Of a stretch of DNA of 64,000 nucleotides, positions 9,650 through 17,840 are shown piece by piece (positions within the stretch are counted from its first letter, which is position 1; each line of letters opens with the position of its first letter). Both the position numbers and the translations under genes were made by a program. Origin of the DNA: Candidatus Enteromonas sp. (GTDB lineage Bacteria; Bacillota_I; Bacilli_A; RFN20; CAG-826). The notes beneath the pieces were generated by a model. It was not told the DNA's origin. It was given only the letters and a program-made list of their open reading frames with translations, and made no database searches. The DNA lies in contig JAXDTZ010000022.1 of NCBI GenBank assembly GCA_034089705.1, positions 12,848-76,847 of the forward strand, given 5' to 3'.

Positions 9650-10804
9650 ATGGACAACGAACAGAGAATTCCAGAAGTCATGTTAACCGGGGATCGCCCC
9701 ACTGGACGCCTGCACATCGGGCATTACGTCGGTTCCTTACGGGGCCGCGTCGAACTTCAAAACGAAGGCAAATTCGACGAGATGTTCATCATGATCGCCG
9801 ACACCCAAGCCCTCACCGACAACGCGGGGAACGTCCAAAAGGTCCGGGACAACGTCATTGAGGTCGCTTTGGATTATCTCGCCGCGGGCATTGACCCATC
9901 GAAAGTCCATATCTTCGTGCAATCCCGCGTTCCCGAATTGTTCGAGCTGACTTGCTATTTCTTGGATTTGGTGACCTATTCTCGGCTCGTTCGCAACCCC
10001 ACCGTGAAAACCGAACTTGGAATGCGCGGGTTCGGCGAAAGCATCCCCGTGGGTTTCTTGACCTACCCGATTTCCCAAGCCGCGGACATCCTTGCCTTTG
10101 GCACGACGGTGGTCCCCGCGGGAGAAGACCAAGCCCCGATGGTCGAGCAAGCCCAGGAAATTGCCCATAAGTTCAATTCCACCTACAAAGAGGTGTTCGT
10201 TGAACCGAAGATCATGCTTCCCAAGGTGGAAGCCTGCCGTCGGTTGCCGGGAACGGATGGGAAGGCCAAGATGAGCAAATCCATCGGGAATTGCATCTAC
10301 CTTTCCGACGATGCCGCCACGGTGGAAAAGAAGGTGATGTCGATGTTCACCGATCCCACCCACCTCCGTCCCGAAGACCCAGGCCACACGGAAGGGAACC
10401 CCGTATTCACGTATTTGGACGCGCTCTCCACCCCAGAGCATTTCCAAAAATTTCCCACTGGGTTCGCTTCTTTGGAGGAAATGAAGGAGAAATATCGCGC
10501 GGGAGGACTTGGGGACGTCGCCGTCAAACGCTTCCTCGTCCAAGTCATCAACGACGTGTTGGAACCCATGCGGGCGAAGCGCCGCGAACTCGAAAGCGAC
10601 CTCGCATCCGTCTACGCCATTTTGGAGGAAGGGTGCAAAGCCGCCAGGGAAAAGGCGATGTACTTCACCATGAAGGCCAGACGGGCGATGGGGATCGATT
10701 ATTTTGAGAACAAAAAACTCATCGAGAAGCAACAAAAAGCCTACAAGAAGGCCCACGAGCAAGCCGACGCCTACGCCGCTTATCTGGCCAGAAGCAAAAA
10801 ATAA
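9650..10804 (+). CDS. trpS: Tryptophan--tRNA ligase
   Basis: HIGH motif (TGDRPTGRLHIGHYVG) and KMSKS motif (KMSKSIGN). Class I TrpRS with a C-terminal extension of about 50 aa. Confidence 0.9.
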   Translation: MDNEQRIPEVMLTGDRPTGRLHIGHYVGSLRGRVELQNEGKFDEMFIMIADTQALTDNAGNVQKVRDNVIEVALDYLAAGIDPSKVHIFVQSRVPELFELTCYFLDLVTYSRLVRNPTVKTELGMRGFGESIPVGFLTYPISQAADILAFGTTVVPAGEDQAPMVEQAQEIAHKFNSTYKEVFVEPKIMLPKVEACRRLPGTDGKAKMSKSIGNCIYLSDDAATVEKKVMSMFTDPTHLRPEDPGHTEGNPVFTYLDALSTPEHFQKFPTGFASLEEMKEKYRAGGLGDVAVKRFLVQVINDVLEPMRAKRRELESDLASVYAILEEGCKAAREKAMYFTMKARRAMGIDYFENKKLIEKQQKAYKKAHEQADAYAAYLARSKK

Positions 10805-10831
10805 CTTCTTTTCTCCTATTATTCATCCACG

Positions 10832-10857
10832 CCCCCGCTATTCGGGGGTTTTCTTTT
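10832..10857 (+). terminator. Intrinsic terminator after trpS
   Basis: CCCCCG-ctatt-CGGGGG followed by TTTTCTTTT. Confidence 0.7.
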
Positions 10858-10993
10858 GAAAATCAAAAAAAGAAACTTGAATCTTACTTTTTTCTATGAA
10901 ATTTAAGGAAACGAATAGGTGTCCCCCTTCTTTTTTCTTTTCAATCGTTATGTGCGCGTGTAAGGTATAACCACATACGAAAGGGAAAACATT

Positions 10994-12235
10994 ATGTCGA
11001 AAGGAAAAAAGACTAATCTTCACTTCATCCTCGGCGTGATTCTTGGCCTTCTTGGCATCGCCCTTGCCCTTGTGATGATCCTCGTCGGAGTCATCCCGGG
11101 ACGCGGGGTTGTTGTGAACGGCCATAGTTTCGGCCTCTTTACCGGAATCGCTCACTTCTTCCGTTGCTTCGTTCCGGATCCCGGACTCCTGGGAACCGGC
11201 ATGACCTTCTGGTCTCCCAACATGTCGCTTGGCGGATTCATCGGCGTCTTCGCCACCGTCGTTTCCTTCATTCTCACCGTGATCGCGGTGATCGTCCTCG
11301 CAAAGAAACACGCGAAAGTCTTGGTGGCCGAAGCGATCGTCACCTTCTTGGCTTCCCTCTGCCTCGCCGGAGTTTGGTCCGTCGTCATCAACGGATTGGT
11401 TTGGAGATCCATGTGGTATTCCGCCCAATTCTGGCTCACCATCATCTTGCTCCTTGGCACCGCGGGATATGCCTTGCTGGCCTTGGATGTCGTCGCTGGA
11501 GTCTTTAATTTGAAACTTTGCCCGTTCGCGAAAGAAGAAGAACCGGCGAAAGAAGAAACTGCCCCGGCGTTTGACGAAGAAGCTTGCCGCCGCATCGCCG
11601 ACGAAGAAATCCAAAAGCACGTCGATAACTTCCCCCATGGCATCACCATCGAAAAGGCCGACGAAATCGTCGCGGCCGCGATGGAAAAACACGTCGAAGA
11701 ACTTCACACCGAATACGTCGACGAAGAAACCTCCGACGAAGAAACCTCCGAAGAAGAAACCGTCGAAGAAACCCCGGCCGAAGAACCGGTCGAGGAAGAG
11801 ACTTCTGAAGAAGCCGCTTCTGAAGAAGCCCCCAAAGGACGCTTCGATGGATTCGCTTCCATCAAGCGCGTGCCGTTTGAAGAACGCCTCGCTTCCGCGG
11901 ATGAAGACATCCAAAAGAAATACCAAGAACTCCGTTCTTACATCCTCTCTTACGGCGTCCGCGGCCGCATCTCGATCCCGGGCGACACCTATTCCGCCCA
12001 CCGCGAACGCTTGGTGTTCCTCACCATCGCCGGCAAACACATCAAGGCCTACTTCGCCCTCAATCCGGCTGACTACGAGAACTCCAAGACCCCGCTCATC
12101 AGCGTCGAGAGCAAGAAATTCGAAGACTTGCCCGCTTGCCTCAAGGTCAAATCCGATTTGTCCTTCCGCCGCGCCCTCAAGCTCATCGATGACGTGATGG
12201 CCGCAAAACAAATCACCAAACCAGAAGATCAATAA
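10994..12235 (+). CDS. Membrane protein with N-terminal 4-TM domain, acidic E/T/S/P-rich linker and C-terminal globular domain (unknown function)
   Basis: RBS GAAAGGGAAAA then ATG. Hydrophobic N-terminus, low-complexity acidic linker (EETSDEETSEEETVEETPAEEPVEEETSEEAASEEAP), conserved-looking C-terminal 130 aa. The fully overlapping 464-aa minus-strand ORF is a repeat-driven artefact. Confidence 0.6.
   Translation: MSKGKKTNLHFILGVILGLLGIALALVMILVGVIPGRGVVVNGHSFGLFTGIAHFFRCFVPDPGLLGTGMTFWSPNMSLGGFIGVFATVVSFILTVIAVIVLAKKHAKVLVAEAIVTFLASLCLAGVWSVVINGLVWRSMWYSAQFWLTIILLLGTAGYALLALDVVAGVFNLKLCPFAKEEEPAKEETAPAFDEEACRRIADEEIQKHVDNFPHGITIEKADEIVAAAMEKHVEELHTEYVDEETSDEETSEEETVEETPAEEPVEEETSEEAASEEAPKGRFDGFASIKRVPFEERLASADEDIQKKYQELRSYILSYGVRGRISIPGDTYSAHRERLVFLTIAGKHIKAYFALNPADYENSKTPLISVESKKFEDLPACLKVKSDLSFRRALKLIDDVMAAKQITKPEDQ
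11720..11830 (+). repeat. Imperfect in-frame tandem repeats (GAAGAA-N6-9 units, about 8 copies) encoding the acidic linker
   Basis: GACGAAGAAACCTCC occurs twice, followed by related GAAGAAACC/GAAGAAGCC units. Confidence 0.5.
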
Positions 12236-12254
12236 ATTAATAAATCCTTACTTG

Positions 12255-12334
12255 CAAAAACCCGCTCAATTGGGAGTGAGACCCTCTGTTGGAAACCCAA
12301 CATCGGATCCCATGTCCTTCTGGGCGGGTTTTTG
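12255..12334. terminator. Long GC-rich hairpin (CAAAAACCCGC ... GCGGGTTTTTG) with a 58-nt internally structured loop; A5 on the 5' side and T5 on the 3' side, so a candidate bidirectional terminator or structured RNA
   Basis: Inverted repeat at 12255-12265 and 12324-12334. Nested TTGGG/CCCAA and GGATCC palindromes lie inside the loop. Confidence 0.4.
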
Positions 12335-12350
12335 CATGTGTGCATTCCGG

Positions 12351-12379
12351 TTGCAGTGCGAATTCTAGTAAACTAGAAT
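12351..12379 (+). promoter_or_regulatory. Sigma-A-like promoter (TTGCAG-17 bp-TAGAAT) overlapped by the 18-bp palindrome ATTCTAGT-AA-ACTAGAAT; candidate repressor operator for the flavodiiron gene
   Basis: -35 at 12351-12356 and -10 at 12374-12379. The perfect 8-bp inverted arms at 12362-12379 cover the spacer and -10, 25 nt upstream of the ATG. Confidence 0.35.
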
Positions 12380-12403
12380 ACCCCTGTTGGAAAGGATGAA
12401 ACC

Positions 12404-14263
12404 ATGCACAACGAAATACAATTAGCACCCGATTTCTATTATGTCGGCGGCTCTTCCCGCCGGCTGAACTTGTTCGAAAACATTTATCCGATTCCAAAAG
12501 GAGCCTCCTTCAACTCCTATCTCTACCTCGATGAGAAAACCATCCTCCTCGATACGGTGGATTCCAGACTTCAAGACATCTTCTTCGAGACCGTCGATCA
12601 CCTCTTGAATGGGCGTCCTTTGGATTACGTGGTCATCAACCACATGGAGCCCGACCATGCCTCCTCCCTTGGGGAATTGCTCGCCCGCCATCCCGAAACC
12701 ACGCTCGTCGTGAACGCGATTTCCCTTCGTTTTTTCAAAAACTATTTCCCCAAAGCCAATCCGAAAACCTTGATTGTGAAGGAAGGGGATAAGCTTTCCA
12801 CCGGGAAACACGAATTCACCTTCCTCACCGCCCAGATGGTTCACTGGCCGGAAGTCATGTTCACCTACGAAACCAAGGACAAGGTGCTCTTCTCCGCGGA
12901 CGCGTTCGGCTCGTTCGGCGCATTGAGCGGGGACGTGTATGCTTCTCCCCTCAATTTCGACCTCGCGGAAACCAGACGGTACTACGCGAACATCGTTGGA
13001 AAATACGGGGTGCAAGTCTTGAACGTCCTCAAGAAAGTGGCCAACCTCGACATCCGAATGATCTGCTCCCTCCATGGCCCGATCCATAAAGGGAATTTGA
13101 AGCCCCTCCTCTCCGCGTATGGGAAATGGGCCAGTTACACCCCCGAAGACAAAGACGGCGTCATGGTCGCCTATAGCTCCGTTTACGGGGGAACCGAAAA
13201 CGTGGCGAACATCATCGCAAGCAAACTGGCCGCGAAAGGAATCCGCAACATCGTCGTCTACGATGTTTCGACCACCGATTCCAGCTACCTCATCGCGGAA
13301 GCTTGGCGCGTTGGCACCATCGTTTTGTGCGCAACCACTTATAACGCCGGGGTCTTCATCAAGATGGAAGAATTCTTGATGGACCTCGCCCATCACCAAA
13401 TCCGCAACCGCAACATCGCCTTCGTGGAGAACGGCTCTTGGGCCCCCGCCGCCAAATCCAACATGAAGAAGATTTTGGAGAAACTCGAAGGCATCAACGC
13501 CATCGAAAAGGAAATCACCATCGCAAGCCGTATCAAGGATTCCCAAGAAGGTGATATCGACGAACTCGTTTCCCAAATCGCCGAAGTGGTTCTGCCCAAA
13601 AAGAAAGAAGCCCCGACCCCCATCGATCCGGTCGCGGGATTCAAACTCTCCTATGGCTTGTTCGCTTTGTTCACCCAAGACGAAAACGGCAAAGGCAACG
13701 CTTCGATCAACAATTCCTTCATCCAAATCTCGGACAACCCCAATATCTACATCCTCTCGGTGAACGTCGCCAATTACAGCGCCGAAACCATCCACGCGAC
13801 GGGCAAATTCAACCTGTCCATCTTGGACAACACGGTGGATTTCTCCCTCATCAAGCGGTTTGGCTTCCAAAGCGGACGCACCGTGGATAAGTTGTCGGGC
13901 ATCGAAGGGGATTTGGCCACCGCGGAAAACGGAATCGCCTATTTGAAGACTAATTCCAACGCGATGCTTTCCTGCCGCGTGATCCAGGAAGAAACGATTG
14001 GTAACCACGTCGTATTCCACGTGGAAGTCACCGAATCGAAGGTTCTTTCGGGCAACCCCTCGTTAACTTACGCGGATTATTTTGCTTCGGTCAAACCCGA
14101 ACCGATCCCCGAAATCGCCAAACCCCAAGCGAAGAAAGAAAAGCGCGTGGGATGGCGGTGCAAGATCTGTGGGTACACCTATTGGGGCGAAACCCTTCCC
14201 GCGGATTTCGTTTGCCCCCTTTGCAAACACCCGGCCTCCGATTTCGAACGAATCGAAGAATAA
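12404..14263 (+). CDS. Multidomain flavodiiron protein: metallo-beta-lactamase-like diiron domain + flavodoxin domain + flavin-reductase-like domain + C-terminal rubredoxin
   Basis: HMEPDHAS diiron ligand motif. A flavodoxin-like central region. A flavin-reductase-like segment (aa ~400-560). A terminal rubredoxin with CKICGY...CPLCKHP (two CxxC pairs). Confidence 0.8.
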   Translation: MHNEIQLAPDFYYVGGSSRRLNLFENIYPIPKGASFNSYLYLDEKTILLDTVDSRLQDIFFETVDHLLNGRPLDYVVINHMEPDHASSLGELLARHPETTLVVNAISLRFFKNYFPKANPKTLIVKEGDKLSTGKHEFTFLTAQMVHWPEVMFTYETKDKVLFSADAFGSFGALSGDVYASPLNFDLAETRRYYANIVGKYGVQVLNVLKKVANLDIRMICSLHGPIHKGNLKPLLSAYGKWASYTPEDKDGVMVAYSSVYGGTENVANIIASKLAAKGIRNIVVYDVSTTDSSYLIAEAWRVGTIVLCATTYNAGVFIKMEEFLMDLAHHQIRNRNIAFVENGSWAPAAKSNMKKILEKLEGINAIEKEITIASRIKDSQEGDIDELVSQIAEVVLPKKKEAPTPIDPVAGFKLSYGLFALFTQDENGKGNASINNSFIQISDNPNIYILSVNVANYSAETIHATGKFNLSILDNTVDFSLIKRFGFQSGRTVDKLSGIEGDLATAENGIAYLKTNSNAMLSCRVIQEETIGNHVVFHVEVTESKVLSGNPSLTYADYFASVKPEPIPEIAKPQAKKEKRVGWRCKICGYTYWGETLPADFVCPLCKHPASDFERIEE

Positions 14264-14278
14264 ACTTCCGAATCTTCT

Positions 14279-14301
14279 AAGCGCCCTTCGGGGCGCTTTT
14301 C
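14279..14301 (+). terminator. Intrinsic terminator after the flavodiiron gene
   Basis: AAGCGCCC-ttcg-GGGCGCTT followed by TTTCG. Confidence 0.7.
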
Positions 14302-14346
14302 GCATCAAAGAAAGACAAACGAACAAAAGAAGAGTAAAGTTATTCC

Positions 14347-14598
14347 ATGGCGGATTCCTCTTCTTCCAAAACAACAAGATTCTTTGGAATCTTCGTTCCC
14401 CTCGCGAAGCAATTTGCTTTGCCGGGGCTCGTCCTTTCCCTCGTCGCCTTTTTAGCGTTCCTCATTCTCTTTTTCCAAGGGCTTTTGCAGAATGTGTTTC
14501 TCATCGCGATGGTGCTGGCGGGAGTGCTCGCAGGAATCTTCCTCGCCGCTTTGGTGTTAGGAATGATTGGAAGCCGTTATTTATCCCGGAACGAATGA
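14347..14598 (+). CDS. Small 2-TM membrane protein (83 aa)
   Basis: Hydrophobic ORF immediately upstream of, and contiguous with, the Wzy-like gene. Confidence 0.4.
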   Translation: MADSSSSKTTRFFGIFVPLAKQFALPGLVLSLVAFLAFLILFFQGLLQNVFLIAMVLAGVLAGIFLAALVLGMIGSRYLSRNE

Positions 14599-16017
14599 TT
14601 GTTTATGAGCGATACCCATCAAACGAACGAACGCTTTTTGAACCGTTATGACACGGTCTTTGCCTTCTTGGGCTTAGAAACTATTGCTTTATTGCTGTTC
14701 GGATTCGGGGGAAGCCTCGGATCGATGATATTGAAATTCATCGGTTTATTCCTTTCTTTCGCCGCGTTTCCTTTCGTTAAGAAATCCTACGATTCTTCCA
14801 CGATTAAAAAGAACGCGCTTGCCCTGATTCCCTTGTTTGTTTTCTTCTTGCTTCTTGGCTTGTCTGCCTTTTGGAAATCATATTATGGAAACGGGCTCGT
14901 TTTCTTCTTGATGGGCTTGTTCCAGGGCCTTGGGTTCCTGGGGGCGTTTGGCCTTGCGTTTGTCTTGCGGCACATTGGGGCGGTGAAGATTCAATACCTC
15001 TTGTACGCCTTCTTGGGCGGAGCCTTGATTTACGTCTTGATTTCTTCCTTGTACAGCTTTGGCCGTTATGGGCTTCTTTACGCGGCGAGGTACGCGGGAA
15101 AACATTATTACTTTGAAGGGGTGCTCTTCCCGGTTTATTCCGAAACCAAGGCGTTGATCGGCTTTGAGTTCCAAGAGACGAGTTTGCGTTATGGGGCATC
15201 TCTTGCCTTCTTGCTTGCTTCTTCGGGAGCGGGCTTGTTCTTCGCCGATTTCAAAAAGAGCCCGAAACGGTATGCGATTTTGGGGGCGATGTCCCTGGTT
15301 GGAATCTTGGCGTTGGCCCTGGTTCCGTTTCTGACCGGCCTTGTGTTGCTTGCGGGAGTTTACCTTGTCGCAGGGGGGATTCGCCTCGGAGTTCTCCTTC
15401 GAAAGAAGAACCCCAAAGCGGAACGGATCCTCTCAATTGGGGTATTCTCCTTCTTGGCTTTGACGGCCTTCTTGGGGGTGCTGCTTTTCTTCATCGACGC
15501 GAAGACCGACTTGCTCGTGAACGCGAATATTCCGAAACTCTCCTCTGCGTTGCAGGGAAACAATTTCGTGGGGCGTATCCGTCAAACCATCATGAGCCTT
15601 TTCTATCCCACCGCAAGCGACGCGGGATTCCGAAACGTCGATTTCCTTTCGGTCTTATTTGGCCGGGGCAATTTGAGTTCGGTGGCTTTCTGCAACACCT
15701 TTGAATTCAATATCCTCTACGAGAACGGCCTCATTGCCTTCTTGTTGCTTTTGCTCGTGATTTTCGGTGCGATGATCCATGGAAGGAAGTTCTTGTTTCG
15801 TGACGGAATCAATGGGGAAAAGGGAATGATCCTTGCTTCGCTAATTGGCATCTTCGTCTACCTTTCGTTCTGCAGCGACGAGATGCCCCTCGTCCATGGC
15901 AGCGGATTCTTCCCCGGGACTTCCCATCCCTTGTTTATCGGGGGAATCGCATTGTTAGGATGGATTTATCAACCAAAAGAACGGAAAGAGAAGAAGGAGG
16001 ACGAATCCCATGAATAA
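14599..16017 (+). CDS. Polytopic membrane protein, Wzy/O-antigen-ligase-like
   Basis: 472 aa with about 10-12 transmembrane segments and a large loop near the C-terminal third. It sits in the same cluster as a Wzx flippase and glycosyltransferases. Confidence 0.45.
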   Translation: MFMSDTHQTNERFLNRYDTVFAFLGLETIALLLFGFGGSLGSMILKFIGLFLSFAAFPFVKKSYDSSTIKKNALALIPLFVFFLLLGLSAFWKSYYGNGLVFFLMGLFQGLGFLGAFGLAFVLRHIGAVKIQYLLYAFLGGALIYVLISSLYSFGRYGLLYAARYAGKHYYFEGVLFPVYSETKALIGFEFQETSLRYGASLAFLLASSGAGLFFADFKKSPKRYAILGAMSLVGILALALVPFLTGLVLLAGVYLVAGGIRLGVLLRKKNPKAERILSIGVFSFLALTAFLGVLLFFIDAKTDLLVNANIPKLSSALQGNNFVGRIRQTIMSLFYPTASDAGFRNVDFLSVLFGRGNLSSVAFCNTFEFNILYENGLIAFLLLLLVIFGAMIHGRKFLFRDGINGEKGMILASLIGIFVYLSFCSDEMPLVHGSGFFPGTSHPLFIGGIALLGWIYQPKERKEKKEDESHE

Positions 16018-16939
16018 GAAACGATCCCTTTTGCTGCTTCCGTTCCTCGCGGTCAGCCTCGTCTCCTGCGTCGACACTTCCGAGCTTTACGACGGGGACG
16101 CCTACGCGGGGAAAACCATGACGGATAACCGTTATTCGGTTTGGGACGAAGGCCTTGTCGAACCCACGGATTTCGTCACGGTTCCCCATGGCCCCAATGG
16201 GTATTTCAACGGATCGGGGAATTACGACAGCCCGGATCAATGTTTCGGGCTCGCGGAAGCCAAATCCTTCCATCCGGAATATTTCAAAAACGGGAACGCC
16301 TCCTTGATGTGGACCAAAGAAGGAGACACCCCATGGGGCAATGACATTGCCGGGGGATTCATCAACCAATGGACCGACAATTCCGCCTTGGTGGGCACAG
16401 TGTACAGCCAAACTAAAAAACTCGTGAACTACCAATCGAAATTCGCGAAAGGCTATTTATCCAAACTCTATAACGGCCAGATCAAATGCAACGCATGGAG
16501 TTATTATTCCATGGTGCTACTCGATTCCAAGGGATATGGCACGGTCTTCCCGAGCGAACTCCAAACCGGACCCTATTTTGCCTTTGTCGCCCGCGGAGCC
16601 TCGGATACCGTTTCCGATTGGGGCAAGGGGCGCGTGATGAGTTTTGACATCCGCGTCACCTTCTACAAATTGGGAATGGACGCGAAAACCATGATCCCCA
16701 AGGGATTCTTGCTCCCTGGGGTCCGTTTGCAGGCGGACCGTTCCTCGGAATTGACTTCCTTGGTCGGTTTCTCGTTTGAAGACGTCGGATACGATCCCGC
16801 GGGAATCGTCGGGATGTCGATTTCTTATGATTTGGTGGAGGATCCGTTGCATGCGAGCGACGACTTCACCGATGGAAGCGAGTTCCATACGGGGCTTGCC
16901 TTGCTCGAAGTCCTCTTCCCGGATTCTACTTGGAACTAA
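16010..16939 (+). CDS. Lipoprotein of unknown function
   Basis: Signal peptide MNKKRSLLLLPFLAVSLVSC with lipobox LVSC. The start overlaps the upstream stop by 8 nt. Confidence 0.55.
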   Translation: MNKKRSLLLLPFLAVSLVSCVDTSELYDGDAYAGKTMTDNRYSVWDEGLVEPTDFVTVPHGPNGYFNGSGNYDSPDQCFGLAEAKSFHPEYFKNGNASLMWTKEGDTPWGNDIAGGFINQWTDNSALVGTVYSQTKKLVNYQSKFAKGYLSKLYNGQIKCNAWSYYSMVLLDSKGYGTVFPSELQTGPYFAFVARGASDTVSDWGKGRVMSFDIRVTFYKLGMDAKTMIPKGFLLPGVRLQADRSSELTSLVGFSFEDVGYDPAGIVGMSISYDLVEDPLHASDDFTDGSEFHTGLALLEVLFPDSTWN

Positions 16940-17840
16940 GATATCGGGAGATGTCGAGCCATTCTCCCATTTCGAAGTCGACTCGGTCATCGTCGAGAAT
17001 CAAGGTCCCTTTCGCGGGGGTGAAGGTCATTTCCGAGAAATAGATTTTCTCATGGATGCAATAGAGGTCGACGCGGACAAAAGGGAAAGGCGCGGCGAGA
17101 GATTCCGCCATCGCGACCATTTGGGAGAAACAGTCCGGTTTTTTGGGGCATACGTCCGCCTTTTTCCATCCGTTGAACTGGCTTCCGTCAAAAGGAGACC
17201 AATCGATTTTGAGTTCGGTGTAACGGATGTCTTTCCCTCTCCCCGTGACGACATAGAGGTTTTTGGCCTTCCCGTTGAACACGTGGATTTTGTATTCGAT
17301 GGGGAATTCCCCATCTTCCAAGAGGAGTTGTTCGATGAGGATTTGAGGGGGGATTTTGGAGTAATGCGGTTCCACCGTTTTCTTGCCGTAATCCGACTTC
17401 AAGTAACGATGGAATTTCTTCTTTAACGAGGGGATGTCTAGGCTATTTTTGTCGAGAACGATCGCGTTATACCCGGAAGCGTGGGAGCATTTCATGGCAA
17501 ACGAAGAAGGCAATTTATCGAACGGAATCTCTTCGAAGGAATCGTAAACTCCATGGATGGGAATCAAGGCATCTTCGTATCCGCGTTCTTTTACGTAATC
17601 GCGAACGCTGACGCGCCCCGCGCAACGGGACACTTCCTCGTCTTTGGGATAGACGAACAAACGGAGGTATTGCAGTTTCTCGGTGTAACGGACCGGCGGA
17701 TTCAAATGGAGTTTGTGGTGGGTGATGTAGCGATATTGGAGGCGGACATACCAAATGGGGTTGATCGCCTTGATGAGGCCGCGAAGCGAAACGGCGAAAA
17801 ACCGTTTGATTTTATTTTCCTTCAGGTTCGGGTTCCCCAT
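16926..17840 (-). CDS. TupA-like ATP-grasp protein (teichuronic/glycopolymer biosynthesis-associated)
   Basis: Perfect RBS AAAGGAGG before ATG 17840-17838. The track ORF extends further, to 17921. The sequence pattern resembles TupA-like ATP-grasp family members; this is an inference. Confidence 0.5.
   Translation of the reverse strand: MGNPNLKENKIKRFFAVSLRGLIKAINPIWYVRLQYRYITHHKLHLNPPVRYTEKLQYLRLFVYPKDEEVSRCAGRVSVRDYVKERGYEDALIPIHGVYDSFEEIPFDKLPSSFAMKCSHASGYNAIVLDKNSLDIPSLKKKFHRYLKSDYGKKTVEPHYSKIPPQILIEQLLLEDGEFPIEYKIHVFNGKAKNLYVVTGRGKDIRYTELKIDWSPFDGSQFNGWKKADVCPKKPDCFSQMVAMAESLAAPFPFVRVDLYCIHEKIYFSEMTFTPAKGTLILDDDRVDFEMGEWLDISRYLSSK

Noticed and set aside
9737-10762. 341-aa minus-strand ORF
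   Set aside because: It is antisense to trpS (HIGH/KMSKS present on the plus strand).
10838-12232. 464-aa minus-strand ORF
   Set aside because: It is fully antisense to the RBS-preceded plus-strand gene. Its translation is low-complexity (G/F/D/E runs) and stop-free only because the sense strand is GAA/GAC-rich.
12422-14020. 532-aa minus-strand ORF
   Set aside because: It is antisense to the flavodiiron gene, whose motifs are unambiguous. Long antisense ORFs are expected in GC-rich coding DNA.
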